DNA of 64,000 nucleotides from Promethearchaeota archaeon. Lineage in GTDB: Archaea > Asgardarchaeota > Lokiarchaeia > Sigyniarchaeales > SOKP01. Position 1 is the first letter of the stretch. Every line of letters starts with the position of its first letter. The position numbers and the translations under genes are program-made. The stretch lies in assembly GCA_016839915.1 (NCBI GenBank), contig JAEOTH010000151.1, positions 139 through 64,138 of the forward strand. The letters are read 5' to 3'. Shown here one piece after another: positions 29,783 to 38,693 of the stretch. Under the pieces are notes generated by a model. It made no database searches. It had not been told where the DNA came from and saw nothing but the letters and a program-made list of their open reading frames with translations.

Positions 29783-30022
29783 ATGTCTGAGGAAGAAAAT
29801 AAGGTTGAATATACAACGGTATCGATTCCTAAGCCTCTTGTTCAAAAAATAAAAAACAGGATGAAAGGCACTGGTTTTTCAAGTGTTTCTAGCTATGTTA
29901 CATATGTTCTTAGACAAATCTTATCTTCTATTGAAGAAGATGAACGAACTACAAGTGCCTTTACTAAGGAAGAAGAAGAAAAAGTAAAACAACGTCTAAG
30001 AGATTTAGGATATATTGATTAA
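29783..30022 (+). CDS. Ribbon-helix-helix (CopG-like) protein with C-terminal RLRDLGY tail
   Basis: TTVSIPKPLVQKIK...GFSSVSSYVTYVLR fits the RHH pattern; ends EEEEKVKQRLRDLGYID. Confidence 0.85.
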   Translation: MSEEENKVEYTTVSIPKPLVQKIKNRMKGTGFSSVSSYVTYVLRQILSSIEEDERTTSAFTKEEEEKVKQRLRDLGYID

Positions 30023-30077
30023 AATAAAAATAATCAATTTAAAATATAAAACCAATTAATGAAAGGGAAAAGAGATA

Positions 30078-31226
30078 ATGATTCAACCGCATGGTGGGAC
30101 TTTAGTTAATAAAGAATTGCCAAAATTCGAAAAAGAAAGAATTTTAGCAGAAGTTGCTGAATTTGAAAAGATAAGCGTCAAACCAGAAACACTAAAGGTG
30201 ATTAAAAATATATCTTTTGGTGTGTTTAGCCCATTAGAAGGATTTATGAATGAAAATGATTACCATTATGTTCTTGAGCACATGTATTTAGAAAACAATG
30301 TAGCATGGTCAATTCCGATTACACTGGATGTTTCAGAAGAGGAAATCAAGGATATAAGTGCTGATGATAAAATAATTCTTACAAACGATAGTGGAACACC
30401 TATAGCATTAATGAAGATAGAGTCAATTTATGATTACAATAAAAAAGAATATTCTGATAAAGTATACGGCACGTTAGATAAGAACCATCCAGGAGTTTAC
30501 AATGTTTTTAAATATAAGGAAAAATTCATTGGTGGTGAAATATTTTTAATTAACGAACCTAAACCAGTTTTTCTTGATTTATACCTGAAACCTATTGAAA
30601 CAAGAGTATTATTCAAACAGAAAGGTTGGGATAGAGTAGTAGCATTTCAAACAAGGAATCCCCCTCATTTAGGTCACGAATATGTTCAAAAAGCAGGATT
30701 AACTTATGTAGATGGCTTATTTATCAATCCAGTGATTGGAAAGAAAAAAGTTGGAGATTTTTTGGATGAAGTAATAATAAAATCATATCAAGCTTTAATA
30801 AAGGAATACTATCCTAAAGATAGAGTTGTCTTAAGTACATTTGAAACAGAGATGAGATATGCTGGACCTAAAGAAGCAATCTTTCATGCAATTACTAGAA
30901 AGAATTTTGGTTGTGATCATATTATTATTGGACGAGATCATGCGGGAGTCGGTGATTATTATGGACCTTATGATGCTCACAAAATATTTGATCTATTCCC
31001 TGATCTTGGTATAGAACCAATTAAATTTAGATCATTTTCAAAATGTAATAAATGTAATTCAATAGTAAATGATAAAATTTGTCCACATCCACCAGAAATG
31101 CAAAGATTCTTTGCTGGAAGAGAAATACGTGCTGCATTACAATCGGGAAAAGCACCGAGCCCAGAAGTAATGCGTCCCGAAATCGCAGAAGTCATATTAA
31201 AATATGAACATCCATTTGTTTCTTAA
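30078..31226 (+). CDS. sat: Sulfate adenylyltransferase (ATP sulfurylase)
   Basis: PHGGTL, FSPLEGFM, AFQTRNPPHLGHE, MRYAGPKEAIFHA, GRDHAGVG, MRPE. Confidence 0.97.
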   Translation: MIQPHGGTLVNKELPKFEKERILAEVAEFEKISVKPETLKVIKNISFGVFSPLEGFMNENDYHYVLEHMYLENNVAWSIPITLDVSEEEIKDISADDKIILTNDSGTPIALMKIESIYDYNKKEYSDKVYGTLDKNHPGVYNVFKYKEKFIGGEIFLINEPKPVFLDLYLKPIETRVLFKQKGWDRVVAFQTRNPPHLGHEYVQKAGLTYVDGLFINPVIGKKKVGDFLDEVIIKSYQALIKEYYPKDRVVLSTFETEMRYAGPKEAIFHAITRKNFGCDHIIIGRDHAGVGDYYGPYDAHKIFDLFPDLGIEPIKFRSFSKCNKCNSIVNDKICPHPPEMQRFFAGREIRAALQSGKAPSPEVMRPEIAEVILKYEHPFVS

Positions 31227-31271
31227 ATTATATTCCAATTTTAAATTAAAAACTAAGAGCTATAGTGAATA

Positions 31272-32660
31272 ATGATCCCAAACAAGAAAAAATTAGTCAT
31301 TATAGGATTAGATTGCGCTACACCTAGAACATTATTCGAAGATTTCTTTGATGATTGCCCTAATATAAAAAAAATGGTAGAAAATGGAGTTTATGGAAAA
31401 TTAAGATCATGTAATCCACCGATTACTATTCCAGCATGGATGGTTATGTCGACTGGTAAGAAAGCCGGAACATTGGGATTATATGGATTTAGGCATAGAA
31501 AAGAGAATTTATATGATGATTATTGGATTGCTACTTCCTATAATATCAAAGAACCTAAAGTATGGGAAATTCTAACAGAAAAAGGTTTAAAATCTTGCAT
31601 TTTGGGCTTACCTCCAACATATCCCGTTCAACCATTGAATGGCTATCTTGTTTCTGGGTTTATTACACCTGATATAACATCAAGCTATACATATCCTCCA
31701 ATATTAAAAGAAGAAATTAAAGAAAAAGTTGGAAAATACATTTTGGATGTAAATTTCAGAGTGGAAGATAAAACAATTTTATTGAAAGAAATTTATGAAA
31801 TGACAAAAGTTCAATTTAAAACCGTTAAATATTTGATGCAAAATAAGGATTGGGATTATTTTAAATTTGTAATTATTGGATTAGACAGATTTCACCACGC
31901 ATTTTGGAAATTTTATGATAAAAAACACCCCAAACATGAACCCGGCAATAGATTTGAAAATGAAATGAGAAAATATTATCAATACTTAGATCAAGAAGTT
32001 GGAGAAATCTTAGATTTAACTGATGAAAATACAATTACCATGATTGTATCTGATCATGGCGCTAAAGCAATGAAAGGTTTAGTATGTGTAAATATGGCTC
32101 TTGAAGATTTAGGATTACTAAAATTTAAAGTTAGACCAAAACCAGGAACGAGATTAGCAAACGCTGAAATTGATTGGGATAATACTTATGCGTGGGGATG
32201 GGGAGGTTACTATGCAAGAATTTTTCTAAATGTTGAAGGGAGAGAACCTCATGGAATTATTAAAAGAAAAGATTATGAGAAAATGAGAGATGTAATTATA
32301 AAAAAACTGAAATCAATAAAAGATAATAATGGTAATCCAATGAATACAATTGTATATAAACCCGAAGAATTGTTTGAGTCTATAAATGGAAATCCACCAG
32401 ACTTAATGGTCTATTTTGATAACTTAAATTGGAGATCCGCTGGAACAGTAGGTTATGATTCAATGTATTTAGATGAAAACGACACTGGACCTGATGATGC
32501 TGTACATGATTGGTTTGGTGTTTATGTTTTATATAACCCTATGAAGAAATTGGGGAATAATTTAGGAACTAAAAGTATACTTGATATTGCTCCAACATCT
32601 CTAAAAATATTAGGTTTTGAAATTCCTAACGATATGGAAGGTACTGTTATAAAATTTTAA
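31272..32660 (+). CDS. Alkaline-phosphatase-superfamily (type I phosphodiesterase/nucleotide pyrophosphatase-like) protein
   Basis: IIGLDCAT, PPITIPAW..MSTG, LDRFHHAFW, IVSDHG, GPDDAVH, ILDIAPT. Confidence 0.88.
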   Translation: MIPNKKKLVIIGLDCATPRTLFEDFFDDCPNIKKMVENGVYGKLRSCNPPITIPAWMVMSTGKKAGTLGLYGFRHRKENLYDDYWIATSYNIKEPKVWEILTEKGLKSCILGLPPTYPVQPLNGYLVSGFITPDITSSYTYPPILKEEIKEKVGKYILDVNFRVEDKTILLKEIYEMTKVQFKTVKYLMQNKDWDYFKFVIIGLDRFHHAFWKFYDKKHPKHEPGNRFENEMRKYYQYLDQEVGEILDLTDENTITMIVSDHGAKAMKGLVCVNMALEDLGLLKFKVRPKPGTRLANAEIDWDNTYAWGWGGYYARIFLNVEGREPHGIIKRKDYEKMRDVIIKKLKSIKDNNGNPMNTIVYKPEELFESINGNPPDLMVYFDNLNWRSAGTVGYDSMYLDENDTGPDDAVHDWFGVYVLYNPMKKLGNNLGTKSILDIAPTSLKILGFEIPNDMEGTVIKF

Positions 32661-32673
32661 AAAAGCAAAGAGA

Positions 32674-33213
32674 ATGAAAATGGAATATAAAGGCTTTACG
32701 TTATGGTTTACTGGACTTCCCTGTTCTGGGAAAACTGTGCTTGCAAATGCTGTTGCTGAGGATTTAAAAGCAAGAGGGATGAAAGTAGAAAGACTTGATG
32801 GAGATATTGTTCGAAAAAGTCTAACAAAAGACTTAGGTTTCACTGAAGAAGACCGAAATATGAACATTGAAAGAGTAACATTTGTTGCCAAACTTTTAAC
32901 CCGCAATGGTGTTGCTGTTCTTGCTTCATTTGTATCACCATATAATAAAATTAGAGCTTATTCTCGAGAAGAGATTGGAGAATATATTCTTGTGTATGTT
33001 AAATGTTCTCTTGAAGAATGCGAAAATCGAGATATTAAAGGAATGTACGCAAAAGCTAGAGCTGGAGAGATCAAAGATTTTACTGGAATTGATCATCCAT
33101 TCGAGGAACCAGATCATGCGGATATAATAGTCGAAACAGACAAGCAAGCTGTTGAAGAAAGTAAAAAAATTATTCTGGAAGCTTTAAATGATATGGGATT
33201 TTTACCGCACTAA
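32674..33213 (+). CDS. cysC: Adenylyl-sulfate kinase
   Basis: LWFTGLPCSGKT, LDGDIVR..L..DLGF...DR..N, RDIKGMY, FTGIDHPFEEP. Confidence 0.97.
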   Translation: MKMEYKGFTLWFTGLPCSGKTVLANAVAEDLKARGMKVERLDGDIVRKSLTKDLGFTEEDRNMNIERVTFVAKLLTRNGVAVLASFVSPYNKIRAYSREEIGEYILVYVKCSLEECENRDIKGMYAKARAGEIKDFTGIDHPFEEPDHADIIVETDKQAVEESKKIILEALNDMGFLPH

Positions 33214-33240
33214 TTTAAAAACAGAAATCTAATTTAAAAA

Positions 33241-34164
33241 TTAAATAATTTTTTTTATTTGTTCTATAATTGCATTCTCATTTAAACCGTAAGAATTTAG
33301 TAAGACTTCTCTTTTTCCTGATTCACCAAAACAATCATTTATTCCAACGAATTTTATAATTTTTGGGTTATTATTAGAAACAATTCTAGCGATAATGCTT
33401 CCAAAACCACAATAAATATTGTGTTCTTCTATTATAACAATTGCTTTGACAGATTCTATCTCATTTAATAGAGATTTTTCATCAATTGGTTTAATAGTTG
33501 GAAAATTTATTACTTTAATCGAAGTTTTTCGTTGTTGTTCAATTAATTCTGCAGATTTTAATGCTAATAAACTTCCATATCCAGTTCCAATTAAACAAAT
33601 GTCTTTCCCTTCTTTTATGATATCAGGCTTTCCGAGACAGAATTTATAGTTATCTTCGTGAATTTTAGAGAATGAACCTCTGGGTAATCTCACATAAAAT
33701 GGTTCTTCAGATTTGAATATATATTCTAAAATTTCAACTAATTCAATATTATCTGAAGGGATTAAGATATTTAAATTGGGGAGAGATGCCATTATACTTA
33801 AATCTTCTAAGGCATTATGCGTACTCCCATCCTCTCCAACAATACCTCCATGTGTAGTTATGATCTTAAAATTTAAATTGTCATGAGCCGCAAATCTAAT
33901 AAATTCCCACGCTCTTCCTGTTGTAAACATAGAAAATCCACTTACTACTGGAATTTTCCCAGATATTGCAAAACCTAATGCAGTTCCCAACATATTTTGT
34001 TCAGCAATTCCCATATTATAAAATCGATTAGGAAATGCCTTAGCGAATTTAAATGTTCTTGTAGAGGAGGATAAATCAGCATCTAAAACAACAATATCAT
34101 TATTTTTTTTTCCTATTTCAACTAAATAATCTCCAAAAGTGTCCCTAAGAGCTGGTTCAGCCAT
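33241..34164 (-). CDS. Transketolase, C-terminal (pyrimidine-binding) subunit
   Basis: VLDADLSSST, NMGIAEQN, GEDGSTH, IEEHN...GFG. Confidence 0.93.
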   Translation of the reverse strand: MAEPALRDTFGDYLVEIGKKNNDIVVLDADLSSSTRTFKFAKAFPNRFYNMGIAEQNMLGTALGFAISGKIPVVSGFSMFTTGRAWEFIRFAAHDNLNFKIITTHGGIVGEDGSTHNALEDLSIMASLPNLNILIPSDNIELVEILEYIFKSEEPFYVRLPRGSFSKIHEDNYKFCLGKPDIIKEGKDICLIGTGYGSLLALKSAELIEQQRKTSIKVINFPTIKPIDEKSLLNEIESVKAIVIIEEHNIYCGFGSIIARIVSNNNPKIIKFVGINDCFGESGKREVLLNSYGLNENAIIEQIKKII

Positions 34165-35022
34165 TTAATTATCCCCCCTTTTCAATCTTATCTTGATATT
34201 TTCTAATTCTTTAAGAGCCGCATTATATTCTTCTGTAGTTGGGGCTTGACCATGGAATTCTTTAGTATGTTGCATAAATGAAACATCAGAACCTTTAATT
34301 AGATAAGATATAATGACTTTTGGTTTACCGATTATAGATTTAGAACTTTCAAATCCATCTAACATTTCTTTAAGATTTGACCCATCTGTTTCAATAACCT
34401 CCCAACCAAAAGCTTTCCATTTTTCTGCTAATGGTTCTAGAGCCATTACTTCTTCAGTTGAACCATCGCTTTGTATTCCATTACGGTCTACGATCGCTAT
34501 TAAATTATCTAATTTATAATGGCTAGCAGACATTGCAGCTTCCCAAATAGCCCCTTCATTTAGTTCTCCATCACCTAAAAGAACATATATAAACTTTTGT
34601 GTATTATTTAATTTAGCAGCTAAAGCACAACCAACTCCAATAGATAATCCCATTCCTAAAGATCCAGTTGATATCTCTACTCCAATTTCTGAATTTTTAA
34701 CGGGATGGCCTTGTAATTTCGAGCCAAATTGTCTTAATGTGAATAATTCTTCTCTTTTTATATATCCTAATTTGGATAAGACTGCATAAAGCGCAGGGGC
34801 TGCATGCCCTTTACTTAAAATGAATATATCTCTTTCTTTCCATAAAGGATTTTTGGGATTTATTCTCATAATATTGTTATAAAGGAGATAGATTATATTA
34901 GCACATGATAACGAACCACCTAGATGGCCTGATTGAGCTTCGTATATCATTCTTAAAATATCTTTTTTAATATCCAGTATATCAGTTAAGATTGTCTGCT
35001 CATCAGCTTTAGATAAATCCAT
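34165..35022 (-). CDS. Transketolase, N-terminal (TPP-binding) subunit
   Basis: SGHLGGSLS, LSKGHAAP, LQGHP, TGSLGMG, GDGELNEG..WEA. Confidence 0.94.
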   Translation of the reverse strand: MDLSKADEQTILTDILDIKKDILRMIYEAQSGHLGGSLSCANIIYLLYNNIMRINPKNPLWKERDIFILSKGHAAPALYAVLSKLGYIKREELFTLRQFGSKLQGHPVKNSEIGVEISTGSLGMGLSIGVGCALAAKLNNTQKFIYVLLGDGELNEGAIWEAAMSASHYKLDNLIAIVDRNGIQSDGSTEEVMALEPLAEKWKAFGWEVIETDGSNLKEMLDGFESSKSIIGKPKVIISYLIKGSDVSFMQHTKEFHGQAPTTEEYNAALKELENIKIRLKRGDN

Positions 35023-35043
35023 TCTAATACATTAATGAGTTAA

Positions 35044-36042
35044 TTACTTTTTATTCATTTCAGTTAATACAAAATTATGAAGTTTTTCAGCTTTATAGAA
35101 TTCAACAGGAGGTAGAGTAGCAGTAAGTGAGGCTGCATAAAGTGCAAGTTTTACTCCATCTGCAACAGAAATTCCAGATGCTAATGATAATCCTAATACG
35201 GCCATAATAACACTACCAACAGCCACATAACTTCTGACTGGTTGTTTTAAAATAGGATTAAATTTTTCTACTTTTTCGATTTCACTTGAGAAAAGAAAAG
35301 ATTCAGTTTCTAAATAATTCAATAGGAGATTTTTACATTTAGATGAGTTTAAAATCCTTTTACCAGCAATAGTGATACTTGTTTCATTGCAACAATCGAT
35401 AGAAAACGTATCCAATGCTTTCTGAAGATTCATCCTAATTAAATCCACATTTTCGTATAGATAGTAATTAAATTTAGTAGGACGGGCAATTATAGGTATT
35501 TTTTTAAATTTTTCCTTTAAAAAACGTATTAATTTCTGAATAAACAGATCCTCAAAAATACCTTCTAAGCCATAATCTAAAATTAATATTGCACCTAAAT
35601 CTTGAGACGCATTAGCAATGAGATCTTTAAATTTGTCTCTTATTTTTTGAGAAAATATACCATTATAATTTGTTTCTAAACGTAAAAGATGTTGATTCAT
35701 AGCTTTTATTCGAGTTATTTGGGGGGTTTTTATCTTTTCCTCTACAATAATTCCAGAAGACTCTACTTTTAACTCTTCAATCCTTTTTAAAAAAAACTCA
35801 CCTTCAAAATCATTACCAATAATAGTACAAACTTCAGGAATTCCTCCTAAAGACTTAATATATTGTAGTACTAGTCCAATTGCTCCAATATAAACACTAG
35901 TATTCTCTATTTTTACATTCGGAACGGGTGCATCAGGAGAGATTCTATCTGTATATCCGATTATATACTTATCTATTAAGGCATCCCCAATAACTAACAC
36001 TTTCTTATTTTTCCATTTAGAAATCCCATCTATAAGAGCCAT
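35044..36042 (-). CDS. RfaE/HldE kinase-domain-like PfkB family protein with degenerate catalytic motif
   Basis: KVLVIGD.LIDKY..G..DRISPDAPVP and QHLLRL match the heptose-7-P kinase domain; the DVTGAGD motif is replaced by SYVAVGS. Confidence 0.75.
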   Translation of the reverse strand: MALIDGISKWKNKKVLVIGDALIDKYIIGYTDRISPDAPVPNVKIENTSVYIGAIGLVLQYIKSLGGIPEVCTIIGNDFEGEFFLKRIEELKVESSGIIVEEKIKTPQITRIKAMNQHLLRLETNYNGIFSQKIRDKFKDLIANASQDLGAILILDYGLEGIFEDLFIQKLIRFLKEKFKKIPIIARPTKFNYYLYENVDLIRMNLQKALDTFSIDCCNETSITIAGKRILNSSKCKNLLLNYLETESFLFSSEIEKVEKFNPILKQPVRSYVAVGSVIMAVLGLSLASGISVADGVKLALYAASLTATLPPVEFYKAEKLHNFVLTEMNKK

Positions 36043-36051
36043 ATTATTTAT

Positions 36052-36708
36052 TCATTTTTTTAATTCATTTTGTAATTTTTCCCAATCTTTAAGAAAATCT
36101 TCTAATCCTTGATCAGTATTAGGATGTTTGAACATTTTTTCAAGAACAGCAAATGGAATAGTAGCAATATGAGCTCCAACTTTTGCAGACTCAATAACAT
36201 GGCGCGTGTTTCTCACTGAAGCAACAATTAATTCAGATTTAAAATCATAAGCATTTAAAATGTCCATACATTCCCAAAGAAAATCAATTTCATTCTGACC
36301 ATTATCCATTAACCTTCCTATGAAAGGACTTATATAAGAAGCTCCAGCTTTAGCAGCAATTAAAACCTGATTCTGCGAAAATACAAGAGTTACGTTTGTC
36401 TTAATTCCTTCTGGTTCAAGAATTTTAACAGCTTTAATACCTTCTTTTGTAAAGGGAATCTTGATCACAATATTGGGGGCAATTTTAGCTAATTCACGAG
36501 CTTCTTTAACCATTTCTTCTGTATCCAATCCAATAACTTCTCCACTGACAGGACCATCAACTAATTCACATATTTTTCTTAGTTGATCAATTGGCTCAGC
36601 GCCTTCCCTAGCTAAAAGGGTAGGGTTTGTAGTAACTCCGTCGATTATTCCTAATTCTAGCATTTCTTTTATTTGTTTTAAATTAGCAGTGTCTATAAAA
36701 AACTTCAT
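36052..36708 (-). CDS. tal: Transaldolase (small FSA/TalC type)
   Basis: [38 protein letters not shown]. Confidence 0.92.
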   Translation of the reverse strand: MKFFIDTANLKQIKEMLELGIIDGVTTNPTLLAREGAEPIDQLRKICELVDGPVSGEVIGLDTEEMVKEARELAKIAPNIVIKIPFTKEGIKAVKILEPEGIKTNVTLVFSQNQVLIAAKAGASYISPFIGRLMDNGQNEIDFLWECMDILNAYDFKSELIVASVRNTRHVIESAKVGAHIATIPFAVLEKMFKHPNTDQGLEDFLKDWEKLQNELKK

Positions 36709-36751
36709 GATATATCACGATTACATTTAGTGAATAAATTAATATTTGATT

Positions 36752-37300
36752 TTATATATTTATAGCAAATTCTTTTAAGTTTTTAAATATCATGTCCGGT
36801 ATTATCTGACCAATTTCGTTTTGTTCCTCTTTCCCATAACCAGTTAAAACTAAAACTTTTTTACATTTTGCATTTTTTCCTGTTTGAACATCATTTAAAG
36901 TATCTCCAACCATATATGAACTAGTTAAATCAATATTATGTTTTAATACAGCTTTTAAAATCATTCTTGGATTTGGTTTCCTACAATCACATGGACCACT
37001 AAAATCGGGATGGTGAGGACAATAATAAATATCATCTAATTCAACTCCATTTTGCTTTAATCTTTTAATCATCTTATCATGTATCCTCTCAAGAGTTTTT
37101 TCTGGAAAATACCCCCGTGCTATACCAGCTTGATTGGTAATAACAATAAGTAAAAAACCTTTCCGCTTTAGAATTTTTAAAGCTTCAATTGATCCCTCAA
37201 TAAATTCAAAATTTTTTGGACTGGAAAGATAACCTACTTCTTTATTAACTACACCATCTCGATCTAAGAAAATTGCCTTCTCTTTTTCACTCTTTTTCAT
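36752..37300 (-). CDS. gmhB: D-glycero-D-manno-heptose 1,7-bisphosphate phosphatase
   Basis: [24 protein letters not shown]...CDCRKP, MVGD; ATG at 37300 is the likely start. Confidence 0.92.
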   Translation of the reverse strand: MKKSEKEKAIFLDRDGVVNKEVGYLSSPKNFEFIEGSIEALKILKRKGFLLIVITNQAGIARGYFPEKTLERIHDKMIKRLKQNGVELDDIYYCPHHPDFSGPCDCRKPNPRMILKAVLKHNIDLTSSYMVGDTLNDVQTGKNAKCKKVLVLTGYGKEEQNEIGQIIPDMIFKNLKEFAINI

Positions 37301-37922
37301 CAGAAAATCTAAGCAATTCAATAATTTTATTGGGATCTTGAGCTTTTAAAATGGTGCTTGAGCTTGTTAAAATATCTGTATTTTTTAATAATTTTGCGTT
37401 TGTTAAATTTATTCCACCGTCAATATCAATAATAAAATCATATTTATTCTTATATTCAGCTAATTTATTTACCTTCTCTACAGAACTAATTAGAAACTTC
37501 TGGCCTGACCATCCAGGTTTTACACTCATCACTAAGATAATATCGATTTTATTTAAGTATGGTATAATTTCAGAAATGACAGTCCCGGGGTTTATAGCGA
37601 GACCAACCTTTTTATTATTTTTTTTTACTTCTTTTATAATGACATCCCTTTTGGTGCCAATTTCAAAATGAAATAAAAATATATCAATATAAGTTATGAT
37701 TTTTTTAATATAATCACAAGGGTCAACTACCATTAAATGGGCGATTATAGGAGTATTATAAGTCTCTTTTATTATTCGAAAAACATGGAGATTATTATTT
37801 ATATTATTAACAAATTTACCATCCATAACATCTACATGAATATAATCGAAGCCTTCTAATCCTCTTAAAAGATCTACTGAAAAGTCTTCTAAGGCATGTA
37901 CAGAAACTGCGATATATTTCAT
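37287..37922 (-). CDS. rpe: Ribulose-phosphate 3-epimerase
   Basis: [44 protein letters not shown]. Confidence 0.92.
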   Translation of the reverse strand: MKYIAVSVHALEDFSVDLLRGLEGFDYIHVDVMDGKFVNNINNNLHVFRIIKETYNTPIIAHLMVVDPCDYIKKIITYIDIFLFHFEIGTKRDVIIKEVKKNNKKVGLAINPGTVISEIIPYLNKIDIILVMSVKPGWSGQKFLISSVEKVNKLAEYKNKYDFIIDIDGGINLTNAKLLKNTDILTSSSTILKAQDPNKIIELLRFSDEKE

Positions 37923-37932
37923 AGATTATCGA

Positions 37933-38499
37933 TTACCCAAAAAGTTCTTCCTCTACTAAATAACAAATAATATGACCTACAGTTATATGTCCTTCTTGAA
38001 TTCGTGGAGTATCTGTGGAGGGTATTTTTAAACAAAGATCAGTTATTTCTTCAATTTTATTTGGTTTTTGGCCAGTAAAACCTATTGTTATGGCTCCTTT
38101 CTCTTTAGCTTTCAATAAACCTTTAATCACATTTGGAGAATTGCCAGAAGTACTAATTCCAATAGCAATATCTCCTTCTTCTACAAATGAAGCCACTTGT
38201 CTTTCAAATATTATATCATACCCATAATCATTTGCAATAGCAGTTACCACTGATGTATTTGTATGAAATGCTAGAGATGGAAGAGATCTACGATCTTTAT
38301 AGAATTTACCCACAAACTCAGCTGCTATATGTTGAGCATCAGCTGCACTCCCACCATTTCCAAATAGTACTACTTTTTTTTTTCTTTTATAAGCATTTAT
38401 TATTTCTTTGGCAATTTTTGTGATAATGGAAGTTTGATTTTTAAGTTCTTCTTTTACTTTAATATTTTCCTCTAAAATTGAGATTATTTCGTTTTCCAT
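37933..38499 (-). CDS. gmhA: D-sedoheptulose 7-phosphate isomerase
   Basis: GNGGSAADAQHIAAEFVG, TAIANDYG, ISTSGNSPNV, TPRIQEGH. Confidence 0.96.
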   Translation of the reverse strand: MENEIISILEENIKVKEELKNQTSIITKIAKEIINAYKRKKKVVLFGNGGSAADAQHIAAEFVGKFYKDRRSLPSLAFHTNTSVVTAIANDYGYDIIFERQVASFVEEGDIAIGISTSGNSPNVIKGLLKAKEKGAITIGFTGQKPNKIEEITDLCLKIPSTDTPRIQEGHITVGHIICYLVEEELFG

Positions 38500-38693
38500 A
38501 ATACTTCTGCCAAAAATACTATTAAGATTTTTTTTTATGGAAATAATTGTTTTTATTTAAAATCTTTTACTACATTTTTGAGTAAATAGAAATAAGGAAA
38601 TATAATATAGTTATTCAAACTTAATTATTAAAGAACTAAAAATTTGACAAATTTAAAGAATAGAACATATCATTTTTAATTTAAAAGTAGATT

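Noticed and set aside
30078-33213. sat/cysC as evidence for dissimilatory or assimilatory sulfate reduction
   Set aside because: No apr, dsr, cysH or sir genes in the window; the glycan context points to PAPS as a sulfate donor.
37281-37300. 10-bp near-tandem repeat (ATGAAAAAGA/GTGAAAAAGA on -) at the rpe/gmhB overlap
   Set aside because: Only two short low-complexity copies; explained by the gene overlap or a small slippage event.
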